Positions 49,101-61,930 of a stretch of DNA of 64,000 bases are shown piece after piece. The stretch's first letter is position 1. Every line of letters begins with the position of its first letter. The translations under genes and the position numbers were made by a program. The stretch is taken from contig CATNEN010000007.1 of assembly GCA_950097015.1 (NCBI GenBank), forward strand, positions 6,882,001 to 6,946,000, read 5' to 3'. The notes below the pieces were generated by a model. The model was not told where the DNA came from. It saw nothing but the letters and a program-made list of their open reading frames with translations, and searched no databases. This DNA is from Macrostomum hystrix (taxonomy: Eukaryota > Animalia > Platyhelminthes).

Positions 49101-52100
49101 CTCGTAACTTGGAGTCCCAAGATTGGTGGAGCACAAGAGCACAAAGTGGAATTAGGTTTGCATGCTTAGGATATTTAGTCGCTAGGGTTTTATCAGCTAA
49201 TCAGAATTGTCGGAGGGGAAGAGAAATGGAGTGAGGTGGGTTTGTAGGTGAGCCATGTGTAGAGAACTCGTTTTAACTAAGACTTCTTTTCGAGCCAATC
49301 AGAGTTGTCGGAGGGATAGAGAAATGGAGTGAGGTGGGTTTGTAGGTGAGCCATGTGTAGAGAACTCGTTTTAACTAGGACTTATTTTCGAACCAATCAG
49401 AGTTGTCGGAGGGATAGAGAAATGGAGTGAGGTGGGTTTGTAGGTGAGCCATGTGTAGAGAACTCGCTTTTACTAGGACTTCTTTTCGAGCTAATCAGAG
49501 TTGTCGGAGGGATAGAGAAATGAAGGGAGTTGTGTTTTTGGGTATGTAGAGATTTAAAAAGTATAGCATCGCCACCAATTTTTACGTTCCATATTTTGGA
49601 ATATTTGATGGCCTGATCCTTAAGCCCCGTTCACGAGCAGCTAGCTTACTTAACAGGCTCAGTCAGTATTTATCGATAAGAAATCGAAGAGAGGCACTAG
49701 GCCACCTGTTCCCTCTAATCAAATTAGTCCACTCTGTCCTTCTGAATAAGCCTGCTAATCGGCAAAGTTGAAGTGGCTTCATAAGCGGCCCGGTTTCGAG
49801 AATAAGGACCTGGAAGGACCTGGCCACTCGAATGCTGATAGCTGGAGAAGCTCGCATTATTCTATTTTTAACTCGGCTGCGTGGGCGGACTTGGATATGC
49901 CAGATACCTATTGGACCCGTGGGATTTGGTTGCGGCCTTAGCTGATTAGGCTGAGTTGAGAACCTTGGACAGATCATTCTGAATGTATTTACTCTGAAAT
50001 GCTTCCGTCCGTTGGGCTGACTCTGCTCACGACTCTGCTTAATAATCCGTCAGAGTCTTAACTCTAATCCTACGTTCCTCCGAATGCGATTTGGCTGATG
50101 AAACTGGCTGCGATTTTTCTATTTCTTGGATATATCCCACAATTTCGGAGGCCGGTTTTGTTTACCATCCTTTCGATCAGAGTTATTTCTAAATGGAGCT
50201 CGAAAAACCCTAAAATTATTTTTTTCAATCGATCAAACAAACGGCAGACAATCCCATTCCACAAGGATCCCATTACAAAAAAATCCCATTCCAAAAAGAT
50301 CCGATTCCACAAAGATCCCATTTCCACAAAGATCCCATTCCACAAAGATCCCATTACAAAAAAATCCCATCCAAAAAGATCCGATTCCACAAAGATCCCA
50401 TTTCCACAAAGATCCCATTCCTCAAAGATCCCATTATAAAAAGATCCCATTCCACAAAGATCCCATTCCACAAAGATCCCATTCCACAACGATCCCATTA
50501 CAAAAAATCCCATTCCACAAAGATCCCATTCAACGAAGATCCCATTCCACAAAGAAACACTCTACAACGATCCCATTCCACAAAGATCCCATTCCACAAA
50601 AATCCCATTCCACAAAGATCCCATTCCACAAAGATCCCATTCCACAAAAAATCCCATTCCACAAAAAATCCCATTCCACAAAAATCCCATTCCACAAAAA
50701 TCCCATTCCACAAAAAATCCCATTCCACAAAGATCCCATTCAACGAAGATCCCATTCCACAAAGAAACACTCTACAACGATCCCATTCCACAAAGATCCC
50801 ATTCCACAAAAATCCCATTCCACAAAGATCCCATACTATTCTGATCCCGTTCCGAAAGTACTCCAAGCAGCGAGTTTTCCTTTCAAAATATTAAAGAAGG
50901 CGACTGGCTTACAGTTTGCACCACTTTTTACGATTTTCAACAATTAAAATTTCAAAATTCACTCCACTCACTCAGCTGATTCGGAACACTTATAAACTAA
51001 AATTATAGCTAAGTGATGTGGAGGCTGAACCAGACAGACACTGGTCTTGCAGCAGGTCTCCCTGATACCGTCTGTAACACCAACCAAGGAGAATTATTCA
51101 GTATTTTGTACCAAAAATGCCCACTGCACGGTTGATTAAACAGTCCTGGGCAGGGTACAGTTGGGCCGCATCTCCCAGCTCCCCGTGCGGCCGCAGCCGC
51201 AGCCCCAGTTCCCGCTCCCCGCCTCCCCACGGCTGAGAAATGAGCAACCGCCCCTGACCGAGGCAGATCAGCTGCCGCCCCAGGCGCAAAGCAGTCCGGA
51301 AAAATCCCTGCCTCGGACCAATTATAGCCAATTTGATTAATGCAGCAATATATTTGAGACTGGCTTGGGATAGGCCGCTCACGGACACACACACACTCAC
51401 ACACACACACTCACACTCACACTCACACTCACACTCACACTCACACTCACACTCACACTCACACTCACACTCACACTCACACTCACACTCACACACTCAC
51501 ACACTCACACACTCACACACTCACACACTCACACACTCACACACTCACACACTCACACTCACACAAACTCACACTCACACACTCACACTCACACACTCAC
51601 ACACTCACACACTCACACACTCACACACACACACTCACACACACACACACTTACACACTCACACACTCACACTCACACACTCACACACTCACACACTCAC
51701 ACACTCACACACTCACACACTCACACACTCACACTCACACAAACTCACACTCACACACTCACACTCACACACTCACACACTCACACACTCACACACTCAC
51801 ACACACACACTCACACACACACACACTTACACACTCACACACTCACACTCACACACTCACACACTCACACACTCACACACTCACACACTCACACACTCAC
51901 ACTCACACACACTCACACACTCACACACTCACACACTCACACACACTCACACACACTCACACACTCACACACTCACACACTCACACACACTCACACTCAC
52001 ACACTCACACACACTCACACACTCACACACTCACACACACTCACACACACTCACACACTCACACACTCACACACTCACACACACTCACACACTCACACAC

Positions 52101-55100
52101 TCACACACTCACACACACACACTCACACACTCACACACTCACACACTTACACACACTCACACACTCACACACTCACACACTCACACACACTCACACACTC
52201 ACACACTCACACACACTCACACACACTCACACACTCACACACTCACACACTCACACACACTCACACACTCACACACTCACACACTCACACACACACACTC
52301 ACACACTCACACACTCACACACTCACACACACACACTCACACACTCACACACTCACACACACTCACACTCACACACTCACACACACTCACACACTCACAC
52401 ACTCACACACACTCACACACACTCACACACTCACACACTCACACACTCACACACACTCACACACTCACACACTCACACACTCACACACACACACTCACAC
52501 ACTCACACACTCACACACTTACACACACTCACACACTCACACACTCACACACTCACACACACTCACACACTCACACACTCACACACACTCACACACACTC
52601 ACACACTCACACACTCACACACTCACACACACTCACACACTCACACACTCACACACTCACACACACACACTCACACACTCACACACTCACACACACTCAC
52701 ACACTCACACACTCACACACACTCACACACTCACACACTCACACACACTCACACACTCACACACTCACACACACTCACACACTCACACACTCACACACAC
52801 TCACACACACACACTCACACACTCACACACTCACACACACTCACACACTCACACACTCACACACACTCACACACTCACACACTCACACACACTCACACAC
52901 TCACACACTCACACACACTCACACACACACACTCACACACTCACACACTCACACACACTCACACACTCACACACTCACACACACTCACACACTCACACAC
53001 TCACACACTCACACTCACATGCAGATGTAATGCTGTGAGAGTTCACGGTTCGCGGCTCATTAATGAGACGCAGTCAAACAAATCGGACTCACCCTATGTC
53101 TCCGAGGTGTCACCTGGAACTCGCGCGCGGAGGACTCGGTTGAGTAGGTTAGAGTACTCGCTAATTTAATATCTCTCTAAGCCTTGATTATTCCGCTGGC
53201 TAAAAATAGATTTCTTAGAAAAGATTTGTTCTCCTGGCTTTAGAAACTCTGGGATTGAAATCGCGACTGGGAAGTTTGGCGAGTCGAGTGAGTCATATGA
53301 ACTCACCTTCAGTGGAGTTCCTGAGCAGCAGCAGGAGGCCTCGGATCGCCCCGTCGCGTGCAGGTGTCACGCAGCCGCGCTGCAGCAGCCAGCAGCCGCT
53401 CTGATGCAGCACCTCCTGACTGCATAGGAGTGGCTGCTCAGCCTCCGGCATGAACTGCTCATCGGCCAGGTGAGAGCACTTTGGGAGACACAACAGAGAG
53501 GGCACTGGGTGAGGTTTTCAAGCCAGCTTCATTACCCTCTGCTGCTTGGGTTGAGCAGGAGATGAGGAGATGAATATTTTCAGGCAGACCCAGCGCGTGT
53601 TTTACAGTTAAGCAGTGGAATATCGCTCATACCCTGCTTAAGTTTTAATTGAAGCTGTGGCAGTACCTCAGAAACACCTGCTAACAACTGTTCTCTGCAA
53701 TGTTTCTGGAATGAAATATTAATTTTTAATTGTTCCCACTGCTCACCTGTGTCATCAGTCTGACACCATTGCCACTGCTCACCTGTGTCATCAGTCTGAC
53801 ACCATTGCCACTGCTCACCTGTGTCATCAGTCTGACATCATTGCCACTGCTCACCTGTGTCATCAGTCTGACATCATTGCCACTGCTCACCTGTGTCATC
53901 AGTCTGACATCATTGCCACTGCTAACCTGTGTCATCAGTCTGACATCATTGCCACTGCTCACCTGTGTCATCAGTCTGACACCATTGCCACTGCTCACCT
54001 GTGTCATCAGTCTGACACCATTGCCACTGCTCACCTGTGTCATCAGTCTGACATCATTGCCACTGCTCACCTGTGTCATCAGTCTGACACCATTGCCACT
54101 GCTCACCTGTGTCATCAGTCTGACACCATTGCCACTGCTCACCTGTGTCATCAGTCTGACACCATTGCCACTGCTCACCTGTGTCATCAGTCTGACACCA
54201 TTGCCACTGCTCAACTGTGTCATCAGTCTGACATCATTGCCACTGCTCACCTGTGTCATCAGTCTGACATCATTGCCACTGCTAACCTGTGTCATCAGTC
54301 TGACATCATTGCCACTGCTAACCTGTGTCATCAGTCTGACACCATTGCCACTGCTCACCTGTGTCATCAGTCTGACACCATTGCCACTGCTCACCTGTGT
54401 CATCAGTCTGACATCATTGCCACTGCTCAACTGTGTCATCAGTCTGACATCATTGCCACTGCTCACCTGTGTCATCAGTCTGACATCATTGCCACTGCTA
54501 ACCTGTGTCATCAGTCTGACATCATTGCCACTGCTCACCTGTGTCATCAGTCTGACACCATTGCCACTGCTCACCTGTGTCATCAGTCTGACACCATTGC
54601 CACTGCTCACCTGTGTCATCAGTCTGACACCATTGCCACTGCTCACCTGTGTCATCAGTCTGACATCATTGCCACTGCTCACCTGTGTCATCAGTCTGAC
54701 ACCATTGCCACTGCTCACCTGTGTCATCAGTCTGACACCATTGCCACTGCTCACCTGTGTCATCAGTCTGACACCATTGCCACTGCTCACCTGTGTCATC
54801 AGTCTGACACCATTGCCACTGCTCAACTGTGTCATCAGTCTGACATCATTGCCACTGCTCACCTGTGTCATCAGTCTGACATCATTGCCACTGCTAACCT
54901 GTGTCATCAGTCTGACATCATTGCCACTGCTAACCTGTGTCATCAGTCTGACACCATTGCCACTGCTCACCTGTGTCATCAGTCTGACATCATTGCCACT
55001 GCTCACCTGTGTCATCAGTCTGACATCATTGCCACTGCTAACCTGTGTCATCAGTCTGACACCATTGCCACTGCTCACCTGTGTCATCAGTCTGACATCA

Positions 55101-57903
55101 TTGCCACTGCTCACCTGTGTCATCAGTCTGACATCTGACAGGTCAGCATTAATTTTCTCACCTCTTCTGCTGAGGCCTGCGCGGATGTCGCCCACCTGAC
55201 CTGAGGCATCGGTGTCAGCGGCGTCGGTGGCGGCGGCGGTGGCGGCTGCCGCAGCGGCTGCTTCTGGAACTCCAGAGCGCAAGGTCCAACTAAAAATTTT
55301 GATAAGTGAGATTTGAGCAGCTCTGCGTGAAGGGAATGCGCGCCAGAGCATCTTGATCGGAGAGAAAAAGCCCAAGGTTGGGAATTCATCCCCCAGCTCA
55401 GGCAGCTCATAGCATAAACACTCAGATGGCTCAGCACCTGCCTCTGCCCTCTACCCGTCGGAGCAAAATGTCGAAAAGAAAGCGCAGAAGCACAAAGCAA
55501 GGGATGTTGAGATCGGGCATGAGGAGGTCTGGATAAGCCTGGCAACAAGGAGGGAAAAGGCGAGTGAAGGCCTTCCCCCTCCACTTACCTGCCGCGGGCC
55601 GGTGCAAAATTAAATTCCCAACTCAAAGGGCCTTCTTTTGTTTCATGAATTCTTCTTTTTCTAGACGAACCCTCTACAGTGGAGGTGGGGTGGGTGGCTG
55701 TGGGCGCATTTTTGAGGATCCATCCAAGTGAGTTAGGATATATCGGTTATGATCTCGCCAATCTAAATCCTCAGGATTAACTGGATTAGGAAGATTACTG
55801 TCGCCTTAGACCAACTCAGACGATTAAAGATGGTCCAGCGCTGTTAACAGCTCGTAATTGCACACGGACTGCTCAAAAAGAAAGCTCATGCTGGATTGTC
55901 TGCTGGGGATTGCTGGGGATTGCTGGGGATTTGCCTGCCCACGACTTTTGTGTAAGATATATGAAATTTGGGGATCAAATGATTGTTTGCAACACACCCA
56001 GACACACCCAGACAAACTTCAAGACCGATTGATTCTCCCCAATCAAATCCCAGGAGATACTGGCAGGCGGTTGGGGCATTTCTGCACTTTTCCTTCTAGT
56101 CCAGGCCCTGAATGCCGAATTTGCTCTGAAAAATCAATCGGAGCTGGGATTTTATCGACCCGGCGTCTCAGAAGTCACGCCGGCACAAACACGGGCCGGG
56201 CTGGTACAAAAGCTGAGATGGTGCTATGGTGCTAATGCAAATATGGAATATGCGACTCTAAGTGGACTCAAGTGACGACTCAATAAATTCATTAAATTCA
56301 GCTTAACTGGAATAACAAGCTTGGAATTGTCTCGAAGCAAAAATTAATCTGATTTTTATCGCAGCTGGAGCTGAAGCTTTTGGATGACACAAATCACTGG
56401 GTACTTAACAAATGAAAGCGGAGTGAGGTGGGTGCTATGGGCAGAGGGACAGAGAGAAGTGGAGAGAGATGGGTGCTATGGGCAGAGGGACAGAGAGAAG
56501 TGGAGAGAGATGGGTGCTATGGAGAGAGGGACAGAGAGAAGTGGAGAGAGATGGGTGCTATGGACAGAGGGACAGAGAGAAGTGGAGTGAGGTGGGTGCT
56601 AAAGGCAGAGAGAGAGAAGTGGAGTGAGGTGGGTGCTAAAGGCAGAGAGAGAGAGAAGTGGAGTGAGGTGGGTGCTAAAGGCAGAGAGAGAGAAGTGGAG
56701 TGAGGTGGGTGCTAAAGGCAGAGAGAGAGAAGTGGAGTGAGGTGGGTGCTAAAGGCAGAGAGAGAGAAGTGGAGTGAGGTGGGTGCCATGGGCAGAGGCA
56801 CAGAGAGAAGTGGAGTGAGTTGGGTGCTGAGGACAGAGGGACAAATGAGTAAGGTGAAACAAAATTCATTTTGGATGAAAAAACATTCATGCAATTTTTT
56901 ATTAGATTAGTAGTTTTTTCTACTTTTTTAAATACTTTTTTTAGAAGAAAAGCAAAGGGCAATGCAACCTACCTAGCAACGAGGCCAGCAATTGTCCGTA
57001 GAATGCGTCGCCAACAATGCTGTCGGATTCGTACAAGCGTCGACAGTTGGTCACCAGATGCTCAACAATGCCCGCCAGGCATCCCGAGAGCAGCGCCTGG
57101 CGAATCCACGAGCAGCTGACGCTGCCGTCGCCGCTATCAAGGCGCAGCCCTACGGCCTGGGGACAGCTGGCCGCCACCCGCCTGAGCTGCAGCAGCGATT
57201 CGAACCCAGGACGTCGTTTGAGACCATAAAGTAGGCAGCTTTCAACTCGTGCTGTGCATGGGCATTTAAGAATCAATCAGCGAGTTCACTCGAAAAGTGC
57301 AGAGAATGTACAATCAAGCAGGCTTATATAAAAGAGAGTGCACAATCAAGCAGCTTACAGCACAGAGAGTGCACAATCAAGCAGCTTACAGCACAGAGAG
57401 TGCAAAATCAAGCAGCTTACAGCACAGAGAGTGCAAAATCAAGCAGCTTACAGCACAGAGAGTGCACAATCAAGCAGCTTACAGCACAGAGAGTGCACAA
57501 TCAAGCAGCTTACAGCACAGAGAGTGCAAAATCAAGCAGCTTACAGCACAGAGAGTGCAAAATCAAGCAGCTTACAGCACAGAGAGTGCACAATCAAGCA
57601 GCTTACAGCACAGAGAGTGCACAATCAAGCAGCTTACAGCACAGAGAGTGCACAATCAAGCAGCTTACAGCACAGAGAGTGCACAATCGGGCAGTTTCGT
57701 GAGACGCCCCCGGTGCCGGACGAGGCGGCCTCCATCAGCAGCGCCACCTCGCGCTTCACCTGGCGCAACAGAAGGTCGCGCCGTCGCTCGGCGCTGCCGC
57801 CGCCGTCCGCCTCCGGCTGCGAGTCGGCCCGCTGCAGTCCGGGCACCGCCTGGGCCATCCGAGCGGTGGCATCAGACATCATGCGCTGCAGCAGGCGTGC
57901 CAT
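40118..57903 (-). CDS. SGSM1/2: Small G protein signalling modulator (SGSM1/2, RUTBC-type) RUN + TBC domain protein, 12 exons
   Basis: Phase-consistent exons 57903-57669, ~57251-56973, 55289-55162, ~53478-53307, ~48581-48469, ~48367-47690, 43532-43286, 42299-42233, 41975-41820, 41742-41427, 40864-40691 and 40209-40118. RUN domain: 'LLRQVKREV...SLCSRVESCLLYGLKRR...WIRQAL...LLASLLVGPCALEF'. TBC domain: 'RLKAWPLLLG', 'LETDLTRC', 'CYVWEH', 'RWFLYDFK', 'IWETTWAA', 'EMAGRHN...ARELV'. Confidence 0.9.
41077..41361. repeat. 20-bp minisatellite (AACGAYCCAAACGCTTCTCT)n, intronic
   Basis: ~14 copies. Confidence 0.96.
42038..42240. repeat. 31-bp minisatellite spanning the SGSM exon 8 donor
   Basis: (AGACCTCACCGAGTACTCCCAAACCTAATCT)n, ~6.5 copies. 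Confidence 0.96.
42612..43162. repeat. 27-bp minisatellite (CCTCTTACCCCAATGTACACGCTAAAA)n, intronic
   Basis: ~20 copies. Confidence 0.96.
44405..45815. repeat. 41-bp minisatellite (TACACTCGAATCCAAGCACCTAGAAGCCTCACTCCCTAATG)n with a recurrent 16-bp insertion variant
   Basis: ~32 copies, two main unit variants plus an insertion variant. Confidence 0.96.
46815..47360. repeat. CT-rich ~18-bp repeat/low-complexity tract (CTCACTCTCACCCTCTCC)n
   Basis: Visible periodicity that degenerates at both ends. Confidence 0.9.
49199..49521. repeat. 98-bp tandem repeat, ~3.3 copies
   Basis: AATCAGA starts at 49199, 49297, 49395 and 49493. Confidence 0.92.
50251..50835. repeat. ~16-bp minisatellite (GATCCCATTCCACAAA)n, intronic
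   Basis: ~35 imperfect copies. Confidence 0.94.
51385..53020. repeat. Compound (CACT/CA)n microsatellite, 1.6 kb
   Basis: Direct reading. The minus strand is (GTGAGTGT)n. Confidence 0.97.
53735..55135. repeat. 36-bp minisatellite (CTCACCTGTGTCATCAGTCTGACAYCATTGCCACTG)n
   Basis: ~39 copies starting ~25 nt into SGSM intron 3. Confidence 0.97.
56419..56842. repeat. 37-39-bp purine-rich minisatellite (AGAAGTGGAGTGAGGTGGGTGCTAAAGGCAGAGAGAG)n
   Basis: ~11 copies in two variant blocks. Confidence 0.93.
57333..57688. repeat. 31-bp minisatellite spanning the SGSM exon 1 donor
   Basis: (GTGCAMAATCAAGCAGCTTACAGCACAGAGA)n, ~11 copies. Confidence 0.96.
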
Positions 57904-58692
57904 CTTCACGCCCAGAAGTGCTGATGGTCCGGGGCAGGTTCGCTATGTTAAGTCAGCTGCTGTTCTGAATCCGTCTCAGTGTCAGGGTTGGCGTCAGCGA
58001 TGGCGCCGCGTTCCCAGCTCCTTCGGGGCTATTATTGACTTCGGCACTGAGCAGTGCAGCTGGGGATTAGAGTCGGCGGGATCGCGCGGGGTGCAGGACT
58101 TGATGGGGCGAATCGGGTGTCGGAATCGGATTATGACCCCCCGGCCCTGATGCGCTGAAGGCCTAGTGGGGCTGGTTGGCACGCGTGCCTGAGAACGAGA
58201 GAGGCCAGAGGGCAGTTGAGCCTATGGCGGGCCTGCCTGGCCATTGGGGTGGGGCGGAGACGTGGGAGGCTGCGCATCCCATGGCCCAGTGGGACTGGCG
58301 TACTTCTTTTAGGCTGGGGAGGTGGCACTGAGCACTGCTCAACTAACTGGGCCAGCGGAATCGGCACAGGACTCTTTGGGGAATGGGGGAAATGGTGAGT
58401 TAAATGAGTAGAACAACAGAAGAGGAAGACAAAAGCTTTTAAGAAAGCCTTCTGAGGCTGCGGACTTGCTTTCTCACCCTCATGTTCTCATTGAATTCTC
58501 AGACTGCTCAGGCCGCTGATAAGCTCTACCTGGCTTCCTGGGGCACCGCGGTTAGGGCTGAATGCATTCTGGGACCTCCGCCTCCCGCCTGCTTCCTTTC
58601 TCTGCCAAGCTCCTTTGTCTGCCGGCTCCAACTGCCGGCTCCTGCTCCTTTCTTGGGATTGTCTCTGCTCTGTCCCCACCTCATATATTCGC

Positions 58693-58925
58693 TCTCTCTG
58701 TCCCATCCCCTCTCTCTGTCCCATCCCCTCTCTCTGTCCCATCCCCTCTCTCTGTCCCATCCCCTCTCTCTGTCCCATCCCCTCTCTCTGTCCCATCCCC
58801 TCTCTCTGTCCCATCCCCTCTCTCTGTCCCATTCCCTCTCTCTGTCCCATCCCCTCTCTCTGTCCCATCCCCTCTCTCTGTCCCATCTCCTCTTTCCGCC
58901 CCATCCCCTCTCTCCGCCCCCATCT
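58693..58925. repeat. 18-bp minisatellite (CTCTCTCTGTCCCATCCC)n
   Basis: ~12 copies. Confidence 0.95.
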
Positions 58926-59733
58926 CTTTCAACTGTCCTCTTTTCTCGAGATTCTGCGGTCTGTCCAGTCCAATCTTCTTTCATTTTAGAGGCTGTGATT
59001 ATCAATATTATGAGCATGGACCATTCACCTGCATGCCAGTCTCACCCGCCTAAGTGAGGTGAAGCCATCAGCACACTCCAGGCCAAAATTGTCCAGCAAC
59101 CCACTTAACCTGACTCTGTGGCTCCGCTCTTGCAGGCCCTGTAGCGCTAACTGTCCCATTGTCGGCGTCCTGCACCCCAGCTGCACTCGCAGTCACTCGC
59201 TCGCCAAGTTTCACTACCGACACATGAAATGTCCAATCTCTCAATATCTCATGGCTCGCAGACCCGCGGACTCAGAGTCCGCTGTGTGGACAAGGCCTCA
59301 AGTTTCTGTTGCACTGTCCGGCGGCTCATTAAATATTAATTAGCCAGCCACCAAGCCAAGTGGCAGTTAAAGAAGAATTTTCGCCTGATAGCCACCAGAG
59401 AGCGGTGAAGCCGCTACTCACGCACTGAGAACACTGTTGCTCCACTGAGCACTGTGCTCAAACTCAATTAATGCACACACTGAGCGATTTTAGAACGCTG
59501 GCTCAGAAAACTGACAGAAAGCAAGGCAGACAGAGGCACTCGCGGATATGAAAGCCTTTTTCCTGACTCTGGGATTGTGAGGATATTTGAGCACTGCTGC
59601 TGCTGCTTCTGCCGCTGTTTCTGTTTCTGACGGCGTGTAAATTTCGTATTTATGTTCTGCCCCTGATTTGATCTCGTCGCCATCCTGACTCTGCCTCGTT
59701 TCTGGTCCCCTCTGCAGCCCCTCATCTTCGTAT

Positions 59734-59800
59734 CTGCTGCTGCTGCTGCTGCTGCTGCCGCTGCCGCTGCCGCTGCTGCTGCTGCTGCTGCTGCTGCTGC
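59734..59800. repeat. (CTG)n trinucleotide tract with CCG interruptions
   Basis: Direct reading. Confidence 0.9.
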
Positions 59801-60249
59801 GACTCGTATTATTCAATTCAAACCTAGGCTTACCCGGCGCCAGTCAGTGCTTCTGTTCGCAGATGTTTTCTTCACAGTATCTGGCAAAGAGCTCTTCTGA
59901 AACTGCATGTCCGCATTTTAGTTAGGATTGCTGATGCTGGCACTTTTACCTCTGGGAAGTGATCCCATTTCAGCTGCTAAGCAGGGCAAACATCACCACC
60001 ATCTGATGAGGATCTCATTCACTGCTTAGAGATCACATTTCTGTAGTTGTGGAAGCAGTTTTCGCCATCAAAACGGGTAGGTAATTGGAGTTTTTTATGT
60101 AGGAAAATAAGTTTGAGATGTTGCTGTCTGCTCATGGCGACAAGATCTGCTCATAACCCTAGCAATGTGGTCACGATTACTGCATGATCTGTTAAGAATG
60201 ACGCCATGATATCCACATAAAGACTATTTAATCTGCTCATAGCCACTCT

Positions 60250-60796
60250 GTAATCTGCTCATAGCAACAATGTGATCTGCTCATAGAAACAATGTGATCT
60301 GCTCATAGAAACAATGTGATCTGCTCATAGAAACAATGTGATCTGCTCATAGAAACAATGTGATCTGCTCATAGAAACAATGTGATCTGCTCATAGAAAC
60401 AATGTGATCTGCTCATAGCAACAATGTGATCTGCTCATAGAAACAATGTAATCTGCTCATAGCAACAATGTGATCTGCTCATAGCAACAATGTGATCTGC
60501 TCATAGAAACAATGTGATCTGCTCATAGAAACAATGTGATCTGCTCATAGCGATAATCATGTGATCTGCTCATAGCGATAATCATGTGATCTGCTCATAG
60601 CGATAATCATGTGATCTGCTCATAGCGATAATCATGTGATCTGCTCATAGCGATAATCATGTGATCTGCTCATAGCGATTATCATGTGATCTGCTCATAG
60701 CGATAATCATGTGATCTGCTCATAGCGATTATCATGTGATCTGCTCATAGCGATAATCATGTGATCTGCTCATAGCGATAATCATGTGATCTGCTC
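60250..60796. repeat. Minisatellite with core GTGATCTGCTCATAG; unit length shifts from 22 bp to 25 bp at ~60550
   Basis: ~23 copies in two blocks. Confidence 0.95.
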
Positions 60797-61437
60797 GTAT
60801 TGATATTACATGCAATTATTTTGTGAACTTTCTGAAATGTATAAGAATAAGACGGCATATCCTGGAATGATGGGAACATTAACTGCTCCAGTAGTCTCTC
60901 AAAATGTGTATAACTTCTAAGGCCAAGATTGTGCAATCTGAGTCGCACCAAAGCCATATTGCTCTCCAAATCCGTCTGCGATTCAGAACAGATTCTTCCG
61001 AAACCGAATGCCACCTGAATTATTCATGATTGGAGCGTGATTTACTGCCGAGTCGCTCGAATGCTCGGTTCCCCACTTCCCAAATCTGAGATCCCCAGCC
61101 CCGCCGAGTCGGGTTTCGGCTCTTCGGAACCCGCCGCTGCCGCAGACGATATTAGCTTTTGTAGGGCAAAGTTTGCTCAGCGAGGACCGGCCTTCGGGCG
61201 CTGCCAGCAATCGACAAACTAGCCAACTGAATAAACATTATTGAGGCTGATTGTCCTTCCCAGACGCTTAGCGCACTCTTGCCTATAGTTCTATCTACCT
61301 GCCGAATAGGGAGCTTGCAGCCCAGTTGATAGAGCTATGGGCTTTTGACCAAGACGTCGGGAGTTCGCATCTCAGTTGGCCTGCGCTCAGACATCCCCAC
61401 CTGCCAGTAGCAGTCATTCTGTTCATTCAGTTAAAAC

Positions 61438-61535
61438 TCTATCTATCTATCTATCTATCAATCTATCAATCTATCAATCTATCAATCTATCAATCTATCA
61501 ATCTATCAATCTATCTATCTATCTATCCATCCATC
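61438..61535. repeat. (ATCT/ATCA)n microsatellite
   Basis: Direct reading. Confidence 0.9.
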
Positions 61536-61930
61536 ATGAAGCTGCGTGCCAGGCCGCATTCGTTTCCAACAATGCACGGCGGCTGCATCCGGCGTGGCTC
61601 GTTGTGGGTGGCGGGCCCGGTGGGATGAGAGCAGCGGGAGTGTGGAAGAAAGCGCAAGGGGAAGTGGGATTTGGTTAAATCCGGCCCTGCCTCAATTGCT
61701 CATATCCTCAGTTTAATGTTAGTCAGGACAGAGAGGGAGCGAGACAGAGATTGAGCAAAGCGCTGACGAGGTAAAAGGACACAAACGAATAGATAAAGAT
61801 GGATAGGCTGAGATTTTTTATAACTGCAGCTGAGGCCACACATTACGCCCTCTGAGTCCCTGGATCCAATCCACGGCGAATCCTCTGCCGGCTGAGCAGA
61901 GAGTGTTCGGAGATTTGACACACCCAACCT

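Noticed and set aside
51333-55375. His/Thr-rich 565-aa ORF and the 549/489-aa repeat ORFs
   Set aside because: These are microsatellite and minisatellite read-throughs inside SGSM introns. The 549-aa ORF is not in frame with the adjacent exon.
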